A program made the translations under genes and the position numbers. Under the pieces are notes generated by a model. That model had not been told where the DNA came from and did no database searches. It saw only the letters and a list, made by a program, of their open reading frames with translations. A stretch of 53,909 bases of DNA, filler included, from Squatina squatina (taxonomy: Eukaryota): NCBI GenBank assembly GCA_031763465.1. It is 4 parts of 4 records of this genome, joined end to end, with 100 filler letters (N's around TTAATTAATTAA, not from the genome) between each part and the next. Parts side by side here need not be neighbours in the genome. Positions count along the whole stretch, not along the records: positions 1 to 13,890 come from JARFOE010000016.1; positions 13,991 to 26,443 come from JARFOE010000219.1; 2 more parts are not named here. One strand, 5' to 3'. This document shows, piece by piece, positions 13,620 through 23,960 of the stretch (its first letter is position 1; each line of letters begins with the position of its first letter).

Positions 13620-13852
13620 AGGAGAAATGTTTTACGCAGCGAGTTGTTGTGATCTGCAACGCGCTGCCTGAAAGGGCTGTGGAAGCAGAGTCAATAGTAA
13701 CTTTCAAAAGGGAATTGGATAAATACTTGAAAAGAAAACATTTGCAGGGCTATGGGGAAAGAACAGGGGAGTGGGTCTAATTGGATAGGTCCACCACAGA
13801 GCCAGCACAGGCACGATGGGATGAATGGCCTCCTGTGCAGCATTATTCTATG
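13619..13852 (+). mobile_element. CR1-clade LINE 3' end
   Basis: Encodes a CR1 ORF2 C-terminus-like stretch (TQRVVVICNALPERAVEAESIVTFKRELDKYL), followed by a CR1-type 3' UTR ending gaatggcctcctgtg...attctatg. Confidence 0.8.
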
Positions 13853-13890
13853 TGGGCCCAATTGGATAGTGTCACGTTGGTAGCGGTGGA

Positions 13891-13990
13891 NNNNNNNNNN
13901 NNNNNNNNNNNNNNNNNNNNNNNNNNNNNNNNNNTTAATTAATTAANNNNNNNNNNNNNNNNNNNNNNNNNNNNNNNNNNNNNNNNNNNN
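13891..13990. other. Artificial scaffold linker N44-TTAATTAATTAA-N44
   Basis: A 12-mer with stops in all six frames, centred in a 100-nt spacer. The identical construct occurs three times in the window. Confidence 0.97.
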
Positions 13991-14243
13991 GGAGGAGAAG
14001 CATCCGCGAAGGCGCCAACCATTTTTAGCTTCACTGACGGGAGCACATGGAGGCCAAGCGCAGGCAGCGGAAGGAGCACACGGAAACCTGAGCATCCCAC
14101 CCACTCGCCCCATCAAATACCACCTGCCCCTCCTGTGGTAGAGTTTGCGGATTCTGGATAGGACTGTTCAGTCATCTCAAAATCCACAACTCCGGAGTGG
14201 AAGCAAATCATCCTCGACCTCGAGGGTCTGCCTAACAGAAAGA
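13991..14243 (+). mobile_element. RTE-clade LINE 3' end
   Basis: Reads RRSIREGANHF*LH*REHMEAKRRQRKE...TTCPSCGRVCGFWIGLFSHLKIH. This is the C-terminal CxxC..H..H knuckle typical of RTE-clade ORF ends, followed by a short 3' UTR. Confidence 0.75.
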
Positions 14244-15047
14244 TAGAATAAACTATGGCCCTTCCCTGCTCAGTGTTGGCCCTGCCCTCTCCCTGCTCTT
14301 CTCATTTGTTTCCAGTCCCCCTCAGCTGTGATAGGAATGTTTTCTTATAATGGTGTGACTTTTTTTGTTTTCTCTTTTAAGAAATGTTTGTTAAATTCCT
14401 GAGTCCTTTGAGTCTAATCGCCTGAAGATCTGGCTCCTATTGTTTGTGCTGTGTTTGGCTCCATTGATGGATTTTGTTTCCCAGAAGATCAGGACTGAGG
14501 GAATTAACAGGGAGACAGGGAAAGTTCACATTGTGTGTCTTGTATTGAACATACAGGAAGCTCTGTATTACTCCGATAAACCCAGGGCAGTGATTGCACC
14601 AATACTTGTCACAGTCTGACTCCTTTTCAAACTTATTCATTATTTTGTTCGACATGATATTTATTTTCCTGTTATTTATGGTTTTCTTCCCCACTCTCCC
14701 CCCGGACAGTGAGAGAGCACCTCCTGCAGACTTGTTCACAGCTGTGAGGAGCTTGCCCTTACCTGACAGAGTGGCTGTACTCTGGTCAGGCTCCCAGCCA
14801 GTCTAACACAGGGCAGCTTCCTGCCGGTGAGGTGGAGGCTGATCATGACCCAGCAGTCTCATCCTTTCTACCAACAGACTCTGTAGCCATGGGTATGTTG
14901 GACTGGACAGTAGAAGCAACAGGTAGAGTACAGCAGTGGTTCAGGAGAAAAGACCCACCTGGCACTCATACACAGGAAGGGGGCAATGGGCCAGAGCTTT
15001 GAGACCTGAGAGAATAGAGTGAGATATAACTGCTTTATTTATAAGGT

Positions 15048-15131
15048 CCCTCTGCACTGTCCCATCAAACACTCCCAGGGCAGGTACAGCATGGGTTAGA
15101 TACAGAGTGAAGCTCCCTCTACACTGTCCCA
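15048..15131. repeat. Shark-type short interspersed/satellite repeat unit, truncated by a gap
   Basis: ctctgcactgtcccatcaaacactcccagggcaggtacagcatgggttagatacagagtgaagctccctctacactgtccc, with the motif cactgtccc repeated internally. Confidence 0.5.
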
Positions 15132-16924
15132 NNNNNNNNNNNNNNNNNNNNNNNNNNNNNNNNNNNNNNNNNNNNNNNNNNNNNNNNNNNNNNNNNNNNN
15201 NNNNNNNNNNNNNNNNNNNNNNNNNNNNNNNGAATGAGTCAATGGTGAGGCTGCAGATTTGTGGCAGGGGCTGACAACAATGGCTTCATTCTTCTCAATC
15301 TTTAGCTGGCAGGAATTGCTTTAAGATTTTAGAGAGGAAAGGGAGATTGGAGATAGGGGTGATGGTGTGCAAAGACAAAGTCACCAGAACAAAAATAACC
15401 ATGTCCAGGAAAGAGGAGGAGAAAAGAGAAGAAAATAGAAACAAAAAAAATTGCTAATTTTGAGCAAAACAGTTAAGATAATAACCAGCATAGCAGATCA
15501 AATCTACCAATTGCATTTCTAAGTAGATAAGTGTCATCAGTATGGAAACTATTACAAATATATGCATATTATTATCATTTAAATGTAACATTGGTATTAT
15601 TGTGAAGAAAATATTCAGCATTACACCTTGTAATACAATAGCTGAATTAAACAATGGCAGTTTTAAATTAGATTAAGTTAGATTAATCTGGGTTAGATTG
15701 AGACAGGGTGAATGAGTCAATGGTGAGGCTGCAGATTTGTGGCAGGGGCTGACAACAATGGCTTCATTCTTCTCAATCTTTAGCTGACAGTTTTAAGTTT
15801 ATTTTAGCATTGTGAGTACATATAAGGGTTAATTTTCCAACTTTGTGTTGCTGGCAGCAAGCCTTGCCCAGTAATGATGAATATTCGGAAGTTCAGTTAC
15901 ATATTGCGAATGACTTTCTGATGATGAATGAATTTCATGATATACAATTCCAGATGAGGGAGCTGGGGAGCGAATGTGGAAGGGTGGCATCCGGGACGGG
16001 GTGATCGGGAGTGGGGGGTGATTGGGAGGGAGTGGGCCGAGCGGGATTCCAGCAACAGTCTTCGGCACTGTAATGCAGTGGGGGGTTTCTGGGGCGGGGG
16101 TGCGGGGGTAGCATTCCTGCACCATTCGACTCCACATTCAAGTGAATATATTTTACAAGACATAAACCTTTCTTGTGGTGGCCTATAGTGGGCCGTTCAA
16201 GGACCTGTTGGTTAGGCCACGTATACACAATGTTTTCCGAATGTAGCTGGACCAATACTGGCTGCATTCAGGGCAGCCCAATTTGCAAACAAACGTTATA
16301 TGGAAAGGGTCTAAAGCCTGTTTTAAGTGCGGTCCCTGGGCGCTTCTTTTCCCATCTTTACCAATATGGCGGGCGGAGTGATGCACTTCGAGCACAGAAT
16401 GTGAGCGCATGCCATCTGCCATATTGGATGTTTGTGGGTGCATTTTGTACCCTCCCCTACCAGTTTGCCTCTTCTCAGGACCCGGCAGTTGTCCTCGTTG
16501 GTTCTTTAACTGTAACTGTACAAGTCGTGGGCCAGAACTGCACCCATCAATAGCTGGGGAGCCAAAAACCTGCTTGTCCAGGACCCTCACAATTGGCACA
16601 GATAGAGAAGGGGAAGAATTTCACCTCAGGAGCCTGGGCCAGNNNNNNNNNNCTGCTTCATCAGGCTGAAGCCCCCATCTCAAGGCCTTAAAGCCGGACA
16701 CGTCGGCCAACGGTGTCCCCTGGTGGCCAATGTGGCACATGCACCGGACATTGGAGAATTCTGATGGGGTGAGGGGGCATGGCAATTGGAAATGTCAAAA
16801 ATAATCAACAAAAAAACAAAATGTTTTAGCTGAGAGATACAATCGCTCGAAAGCTGTTCCCTTGGGAATGAGGATTGTTGGTTCGAGCAGAATGGTGATA
16901 TAATGAGTCTGAAAAGACAAGCCA

Positions 16925-17030
16925 ATGTTAAAACAGCGATGTTCTGATGAAGAGGCTCCACCCAAAATATCAACCTCTCTTTTCTCCTTCAGATGCTGAC
17001 TGGCCTGCTGTGCACTTCTGTTTTTATAAG
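16925..17030 (+). mobile_element. Penelope-like element terminus, strongly decayed
   Basis: gttctgatgaag...ctccttcagatgctgactggcctgctg...ttctgttttt is the reverse-orientation relative of the copies at 31174, 47401 and 50695. Confidence 0.5.
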
Positions 17031-17842
17031 TGTTGTAAACTGATTGCTCTAAAGTTCAATACATGTTTAAGAGGACTATATTTGTAGGTAAGGTATGAAA
17101 TATATCTTTTTTACTGGGATTGAACTCCCAATTTAAACTAAAGATTTGGGGAAGAGTTACTTTTTTAAACTGCTTTTAAAATGTTACTCCTTGTTATAGA
17201 AATCAGAACCAACACACAACACATTCACACAGAAACAAGAGTCAAAGAATGCCAACTGCTCTTATACCAAGGAATAAGTGCTAACATGCCAGGAAAGTTA
17301 ACTTCATACTTTAAAAGTACTTTAAAAGCATCTCCAACTCTGAATTCCACAGTGATGTGTATTATCTGCTTTGCCCCCTAACACCAGAAATGGTTTAATC
17401 AATCTTTTCCAGCATCTACAAAACACAATAATGATGTTTCTGCAAACCGGCTATGTGGTGCAAAGATCTGTGTGCAGTGTCAGACCATATCTAGCCATTT
17501 CTGGGCAGTCAGATACACGGTACTATTGTGCAAGACTGAAAAATCTAGCTGCCATCCAAACCCATTTCTTCACCGCATACTGGAAGCATAATGGCACAGT
17601 ACAATCAAATCACTTCCAATTAAACAAAAGACTGAAAAGCATTTTGGAAATGTAAATTGGAAATACGATCTTTCGATTAGGCACTTTACAGCCTTCTGGA
17701 CTTAACATTGAGTTCAACAATTTCAGAGCATAACCTCTGCTCNNNNNNNNNNNNNNNNNNNNNNNNNNNNNNNNNNNNNNNNNNNNNNNNNNNNNNNNNN
17801 NNNNNNNNNNNNNNNNNNNNNNNNNNNNNNNNNNNNNNNNNN

Positions 17843-20800
17843 GAAACCAGAGGAAGGACCAGTCGCAGAGTGCAGGAAACCAGAGGAAGGGTCAGGCCCA
17901 GAGTGCAGGAAACCAGAGGGAGGACCAGGCCCAGAGTGCAGGAAACCAGGGGAAGGACCAGGCCCAGAGAGCAGGAAACCAGTGGAAGGACCAGGCCCAG
18001 AGTGCAGGAATTCAGGGGAAGGAGCAGGCCCAGAGTGCAGGAAACCAGGGGAAGGCCTAGGCCCAGATAGCAGGAAACCAGAGGAAGGACCATTGCCAGA
18101 GTGCAGGAAACCAGGGGAAGGACCAGTCCCAGAGTGCGGGAAACCAGAGGAATGACCAGGCCGAGAGAGCAGGAAACCAGAGGAAGGACTATTGCGAGAG
18201 TGCAGGAAACCAGAGGAAGGACCAGTCGCAGAGTGCAGGAAACCAGAGGAAGGGTCAGGCCCAGAGTGCAGGAAACCAGAGGAAGGGTCAGTCCCAGAGT
18301 GCAGGAAACCAGAGGAAGGGTCAGTCCCAGAGTGCAGGAAACCAGAGGAAGGGTCAGTCCCAGAATGCAGGAAACCAGAGGAAGGGCCAAGCCTTGAGAG
18401 CAGGAAACCAGAGGAGGGGCCAGGCCCAGAGTGCAGGAAACCAGAGGAAGGACCAGGCCTAGAGAGCAAGAAACCAGGCACGGACCAGGCCCACAGTGCA
18501 GGAAACACGGGGAAGGACCAGGCCCAGAGTGCAGGAAAGCAGGGGAAGGACTAGGGCCAGAGAGCAGGAAACCAGAGGGAGGACCAGGCCCAGAGAGCAG
18601 GAAACCAGGGGATGGACCGGGCCCAGAGAGAAGGAAACCAGAGGGAGGACTAGGCCCAGAGAGCAGGAGACCAGAGCAAGGACCAGTCCCAGAGTGCGGG
18701 AAACCAGGGCAAGGACCAGTCCCAGAGTGCAGTTAACCAGAGGAAGGACCAGTCGCAGAGTGCAGGAAACCAGAGGAAGGGCCAGTCCCAGAGTGTGGGA
18801 AACCAGAGGAATGACCAGTCGCAGAGTGCAGGAAACCAGAGGAAGGACCAGTCGCAGAGTGCCGGAAACCAGAGGAACGACCAGTCGCAGAGTGCAGGAA
18901 ACCAGAGGAAGGGTCAGGCCCAGAGTGTCCGAAATCAGGGGATGGACCAGGCCCAGAGAGTAGGAAACCAGACAAGGATCAGGCCCAGAGAGCAAGAAAC
19001 CAGAGGAAGGGTCAGTCCCAGAGTTCAGGACACCAGAGGAAGGACCAAGCCCAGAGTGCAGGAAACCAGGGGAATGACCAGGCCCAGAGATCAGGAAACC
19101 AGGGGTAGGACCAGGCCCAGAGTGCAGGAAACGAGGGGAAGGCCCAGACCCAGAGAGCAGGAAACCAGAGGAAGGGTCAGGCCCAGAGTGTCGCAAATCA
19201 GGGGATGGACCAGGCCCAGAGAGCAGGAAACCAGGGGAAGGACCAGACCCAGAAAGCAAGAAACCTGGTGAAGGACCAGGCCCAGACAGCAGGAAACCAA
19301 GGGAAGGACCAGGCCCCGAGTGCAGGAAACCAGAGGAAGGACCAGGCCCAGAGTGCAGGAAACTAGGGGAAGGACCAGTCCCAGAGGCAAGGAAACCAGG
19401 GGAAGGCCCAGGCCCAGATAGCAGGAAACCAGAGGAAGGGTCAGGCCCAGAGTGCAGGAAGTAAGGGGAGGGGCCAGGCCCAGAGTGCAGGAAATCAGGG
19501 GAAGGGCCAGACCCAGAGAGCAGGATACCAGTGGAAGGACCAGGCCCAGTGTGCAGGAAACCAGAGGAAGGACCATTGCCAGAGTGCAGGAAACCAGAGG
19601 AAGGGCCAGGCCCAGAGAGTAGGAAACCAGGCAAGGATCAGGCCCAGAGAGCAAGAAACCAGAGGAAGGGTCAGGCCCATAGTGCAGGAAACCAGTGGAT
19701 GGACCAGGCCCAGAGTGCAGGAATCCAGAGGAATGACCAGGCCCAGAGAATAGGAAACCAGTGGAAGGACCATTGCCAAAGTGCAGGAAACCAGAGGAAG
19801 GACCAGTCCCAGAGTGCGGGAAACCAGAGGAATGACCAGGCCCAGAGAGCAGGAAACCAGAGGAAGGACTATTGCGAGAGTGCAGGAAACCAGAGGAAGG
19901 ACCAGTCGCAGAGTACAGGAAACCAGAGGAAGGACCAGTCGCAGAGTGCAGGAAAGCAGGGGAAGGACCAGGCCCAGAGTGCAGGAAACCAGAGGAAGGA
20001 CCAGTCGCAGAGTGCAGGAAACCAGGGGAAGGACCAGGCACAGAGTGCAGGAAACCAGGGGAAGGACCAGGCCCAGAGAGCAGGAAACCAGGGGAAGGAC
20101 CAGGCCCAGAGTGTAGGAATTCAGGGCATGGACCAGGCCCAGAGAGCAGGAAACGAGGGGAAGGACCAGGCCCAGAGTGTAGGAATTCAGGGGAAGGAGC
20201 AGGCCCAGAGAGCAGGAGACCAGAGGAAGGACCAGTCCCAGATAGCAGGAAACCAGGGGAAGGACCAGTCGCAGAGTGCCGGAAACCAGAGGAAGGACCA
20301 GGCCCAGAGTGCAGGAAACCAGAGGAAGGACCAGGCCCAGAGTGCAGGAAACCAGAGCTAGGGTCAGGCCCAGGGGATGGACCGGGCCCAGAGAGCAGGA
20401 AACCAGAGGGTGGACCAGGCCCAGAGAGCTGGAAACCAGGGGAAGGACCAGGCTGAAAGAGCAGGAAAACAGGGGAAGGACCCAGGCCCAAAGAGCAGGA
20501 AACCATGGGAAGGACCAGGCCTGGAGTGCAGGAAACCAGGGGAAGGTCCAGGCCCAGAGTGCAGGAAACCAGAGGAAGGACCAGTCGCTGAGTGCAGGAA
20601 ACCAGAGGAAGGACCAGTCCCAGAGTGCAGGAAACCAGAGGAAGGACCAGGCCCAGAGTGCAGGAAACCAGAGGAAGGACCAGTCGCAGAGTGCAGGAAA
20701 CCAGAGGAAGGACCAGTCCCAGAGTGCAGGAAACCAGAGGGAGGACCAGGCCCAGAGTACAGGAAACCAGGGGAAGGCCTAGGCCCAGATAGCAGGAAAC

Positions 20801-21367
20801 CAGAGGAAGGACCATTGCCAGAGTGCAGGACACCAGGGGAAGGACCAGTCCCAGAGTGCGGGAAACCAGAGGAATGACCAGGCCGAGAGAGCAGGAAACC
20901 AGAGGAAGGACTATTGCGAGAGTGCAGGAAACCAGAGGAAGGACCAGTCGCAGAGTGCAGGAAACCAGAGGAAGGGTCAGGCCCAGAGTGCAGGAAACCA
21001 GAGGGAGGACCAGGCCCAGAGTGCAGGAAACCAGGGGAAGGACCAGGCCCAGAGAGCAGGAAACCAGTGGAAGGACCAGGCCCAGAGTGCAGGAATTCAG
21101 GGGAAGGAGCAGGCCCAGAGTGCAGGAAACCAGGGGAAGGCCTAGGCCCAGATAGCAGGAAACCAGAGGAAGGACCATTGCCAGAGTGCAGGAAACCAGG
21201 GGAAGGACCAGTCCCAGAGTGCGGGAAACCAGAGGAATGACCAGGCCGAGAGAGCAGGAAACCAGAGGAAGGACTATTGCGAGAGTGCAGGAAACCAGAG
21301 GAAGGACCAGTCGCAGAGTGCAGGAAACCAGAGGAAGGGTCAGGCCCAGAGTGCAGGAAACCAGAGG
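17843..21367. repeat. 33-bp minisatellite array, about 107 units, consensus GCAGGAAACCAGAGGAAGGACCAGGCCCAGAGT
   Basis: Periodicity is directly visible, and all six frames translate as 11-aa repeats (ECRKPEEGPGP, GPGPSSGFLHS, LVSCTLGLVLP). Bounded by N gaps on both sides. Confidence 0.97.
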
Positions 21368-21643
21368 NNNNNNNNNNNNNNNNNNNNNNNNNNNNNNNNN
21401 NNNNNNNNNNNNNNNNNNNNNNNNNNNNNNNNNNNNNNNNNNNNNNNNNNNNNNNNNNNNNNNNNNNGTGTCTAACCTCTCCTGCCATCTTTTGGTCTCC
21501 TTCTCTTTCGTGAACATGACAATAGTCAAAGACCCACTGACTTTCCTTTCTTGACCTTCCTGAGGGGCAGATATGGCATCCTTCACCCGTTTGCTGCATG
21601 TTATATCCCACTGTTAGTTTTGTGGAGAATCTCTGGGCTGTAC

Positions 21644-21840
21644 CTGTCAGGGTGGCTCATGCTGGACAGCTTATTCCCTGTTTCCCTCAGTTTGAACATG
21701 CTGGACTTGTAGCTGACCAGATCCAAGTCGACGTTTTCCAGCTTCCGGAGCAGCTCCTGTGTGGATTCCTCATCCTTCCCATATTCTGAGCTCTCCAGCT
21801 GTGGTCTCCTCTCCTGCATCCATAACTCAGCTTCCAACAG
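21644..21840 (-). CDS. SPTBN5: Spectrin beta chain non-erythrocytic 5, internal exon (spectrin repeat)
   Basis: cag|CTG...AG|gtac boundaries, 197 nt. Reads LLEAELWMQERRPQLESSEYGKDEESTQELLRKLENVDLDLVSYKSSMFKLRETGNKLSSMSHPD, like the human SPTBN5 LLEAGSWLAER...ATQALLRRLE segment. In phase with the preceding exon. Confidence 0.88.
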
Positions 21841-22454
21841 CTGCCAGTGAGCAAAGATCGACAGTGAGAGTGCTTACTGATTCAGACCGTCAGACAGAAC
21901 AGGCACATTCATTGCACAGACTAGGCCGCAGCCTTCGTGACTTCTCTTGTCATATATGGTGGCTTTGACCTGGTCGCCAAATCCCCCTTCTCCTGCGACC
22001 TTTGCAGGCAATGGAAGCACTTAGTCGCCACATTGGTTTATCAGTGTCTGGGTCACAGAGGCGTGCACACAGGTGGAGGTGAGAACATCAGGGAGAGCCA
22101 ATAAATAGAGCAAGCAGCCTGATATGGGCAACACTGCCAAAGCCTTGGAACAGGTCAGCTCTCTGGCGGGGTGTTGGGGAAGGTGAGGTACGGGGGGTCT
22201 ACAGTAAATCAGAAGGGCAGAGAGCTGACTCGACCTCATTCACGTTTACTAACTAGATTACACGCTCATGGTTAATGATTAGATCGCGCGGTCACTGACC
22301 TGACCACAGAACATTGTTTGGTGACTAGATTACCCAGCCGGTGACTGATTCTCATGGTCACTGACACGGTTGCTGGTCCTTTGGTTTGAGGCCTGTCAGT
22401 GGAAGATACCATGGAGATGGAATGAATTTTTCACTGGCATATCCAAGCACCTAC

Positions 22455-22667
22455 CTCAGAGAAGAAGAGCTGTGCTGCGTGCGCCTCTCTCAGCAGCTTG
22501 CTCCTCTTCTCCACCTCCTCTTTCAGCGTCTCCACCGCATCCTTCAGCTCCCACAGTCGCTTTGAAATCTACCGAGCGGCAAAGTGCCCGCCCTTCACAA
22601 GATTCTTTCCCCTCTCATTTACAGCTTTTATAAGGGAATCATGGCTGCTGATCTCCGTTTCCAAAGC
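22455..22667 (-). CDS. SPTBN5: SPTBN5 internal exon (spectrin repeat) containing an in-frame TAG
   Basis: tag|GCT...GAG|gtag boundaries, 213 nt, phase 0/0. Reads ALETEISSHDSLIKAVNERGKNLVKGGHFAAR*ISKRLWELKDAVETLKEEVEKRSKLLREAHAAQLFFSE, like human LESEMSSHEAL...GHFAAHEVAARV...AQQFLTE. Absent from the ORF track. Confidence 0.85.
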
Positions 22668-22947
22668 CTACAGGTAGGAGAGAATCCAACAAGGGCTCTG
22701 GTTACTTCTTAAACAAGAAATCTAGGCCATGGCCCAGAGTACAGGACACCAACTCTATGAACATAAGAAATAGGAGGCGGCCATTTGTACTTATATAGTC
22801 TCATTCACATCCTCATGGCGTCTCAAAGTGCTTCACCATCAATAAATTACTTCTGAAGTGTAGTCACTGTTCAAATGTAAGCAGATGCAGCAGCATCTGT
22901 GCCCAGCAAAGGTCCCACACACAAAAATGAGATAACTGACCAGATAA

Positions 22948-23145
22948 TCGCTCTGGAACCCAGCCTCACGCTCGCGCTGGACCCCCAGCCCCGCGCTCGC
23001 TCTCGAACACAGCCCCGCGCTCGCTCTCGAACCTAGCCCCGCGCTCAATCTGGATCCCCAGCCCCGCGCTCAATCTGGATCCCCAGCCCTACGCTCGCTC
23101 TCGAACCTAGCCCCGCGCTCGCTCTGGATCCCCAGCCCCGCGCCC
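22948..23145. repeat. GC/CpG-rich minisatellite, ~24-26 bp unit (cccagccccgcgctcgctctggat), about 8 copies
   Basis: Visible tandem units running into an N gap. Confidence 0.9.
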
Positions 23146-23270
23146 NNNNNNNNNNNNNNNNNNNNNNNNNNNNNNNNNNNNNNNNNNNNNNNNNNNNNNN
23201 NNNNNNNNNNNNNNNNNNNNNNNNNNNNNNNNNNNNNNNNNNNNNTACCCTTTAATTAACTTAAATTAAG

Positions 23271-23540
23271 TCAACAACATTGCTGTGGTCTGGAGTCACA
23301 TATCGGCCAGACTGGGTAAGGACAGCAGATTTCCTTCTCTAAAGGACATTAGTGAACCAGATGGGTTTTTAATGCCAAACTAGTAGTTTAATGGTCACCT
23401 ACTTTTTAAATTCCAGATTTACTTAATTAACTGAATTTAAATTCCACAGCCATGGTGGGATTTGAACTCACGTCTCCAGATTATTAGGCCAAGCCTCTGG
23501 ATTACTGGTCCTACAATTTAACCACTATGCTACTGTTCCC
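23271..23540 (-). mobile_element. tRNA-derived SINE
   Basis: The minus-strand head gggaacagTAGCATAGTGG...gaGTTCAAATCCcacc shows Pol III A- and B-box-like motifs, followed by a SINE body. Confidence 0.75.
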
Positions 23541-23544
23541 ATGT

Positions 23545-23960
23545 GACAAATTAGAGACAGTGGAGGGGTCAAGAGATGTGATGGTGAGGTAAAGCTCAGT
23601 GTCGTAGCATCATATGGAACCGGACGTCATGTTTTTGGATGATGTCGTTGAGGGGCAGCATGCAGATGATAAATCGGAGGGGGTCAAGGATAGATCATTA
23701 GGGACTTCAGCAGTAATGGTGTGAGAGCAGGAAAGATAGATATTGCAGGTGATTATCTGACTACGATTAGATAGATAAGAATGGAACTTGGTGCAGTCCC
23801 ACCAAGCTGGATGACAGTGGAGGTCATTGGAGGAGGATGGTGTGGTCAGCCATGACAAAGGCTGCAGACAGGTTGAGAAGAATGAGGAGGGATAATTTAC
23901 CTTTGTCACTGTCACATAGGATGCCATTTCTGACATTGATGAGAACCATTTGCAATACTC
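23545..23960 (-). mobile_element. L2-clade LINE reverse transcriptase fragment
   Basis: ILCDSDKGKLSLLILLNLSAAFVMADHTILLQ corresponds to the L2 RT motif LLDLSAAFDTVDHxILL. Degenerate. Confidence 0.75.

Noticed and set aside
14437-15005. Possible 3' terminal exons of SPTBN5
   Set aside because: The splice-like sites at 15005/14959/14902 imply a 56-nt intron, and there is no PH-domain or other recognisable sequence.
15960-16110. G-rich tract with G-quadruplex potential (also 25710-25752 and 47165-47300)
   Set aside because: Low-complexity sequence inside repeat-like DNA with no independent sign of function.
17843-21367. CRISPR-like or TALE-like array
   Set aside because: Units are contiguous with no unique spacers, there are no cas genes, the context is eukaryotic, and the unit is 33 nt rather than 33-35 aa.
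19091-21586. 831-aa minus-strand ORF and the other long ORFs at 17686-21611
   Set aside because: They are products of the stop-poor 33-bp array, change register at indels, and run through N gaps.
21601-21643. Read-through past the SPTBN5 donor giving ...RYSPEILHKTNSGI*
   Set aside because: A canonical donor sits where the exon is expected to end. The faint similarity to the next exon is probably chance.
23440-23540. tRNA gene
   Set aside because: A and B boxes are present, but there is no cloverleaf and the sequence continues into a SINE body.
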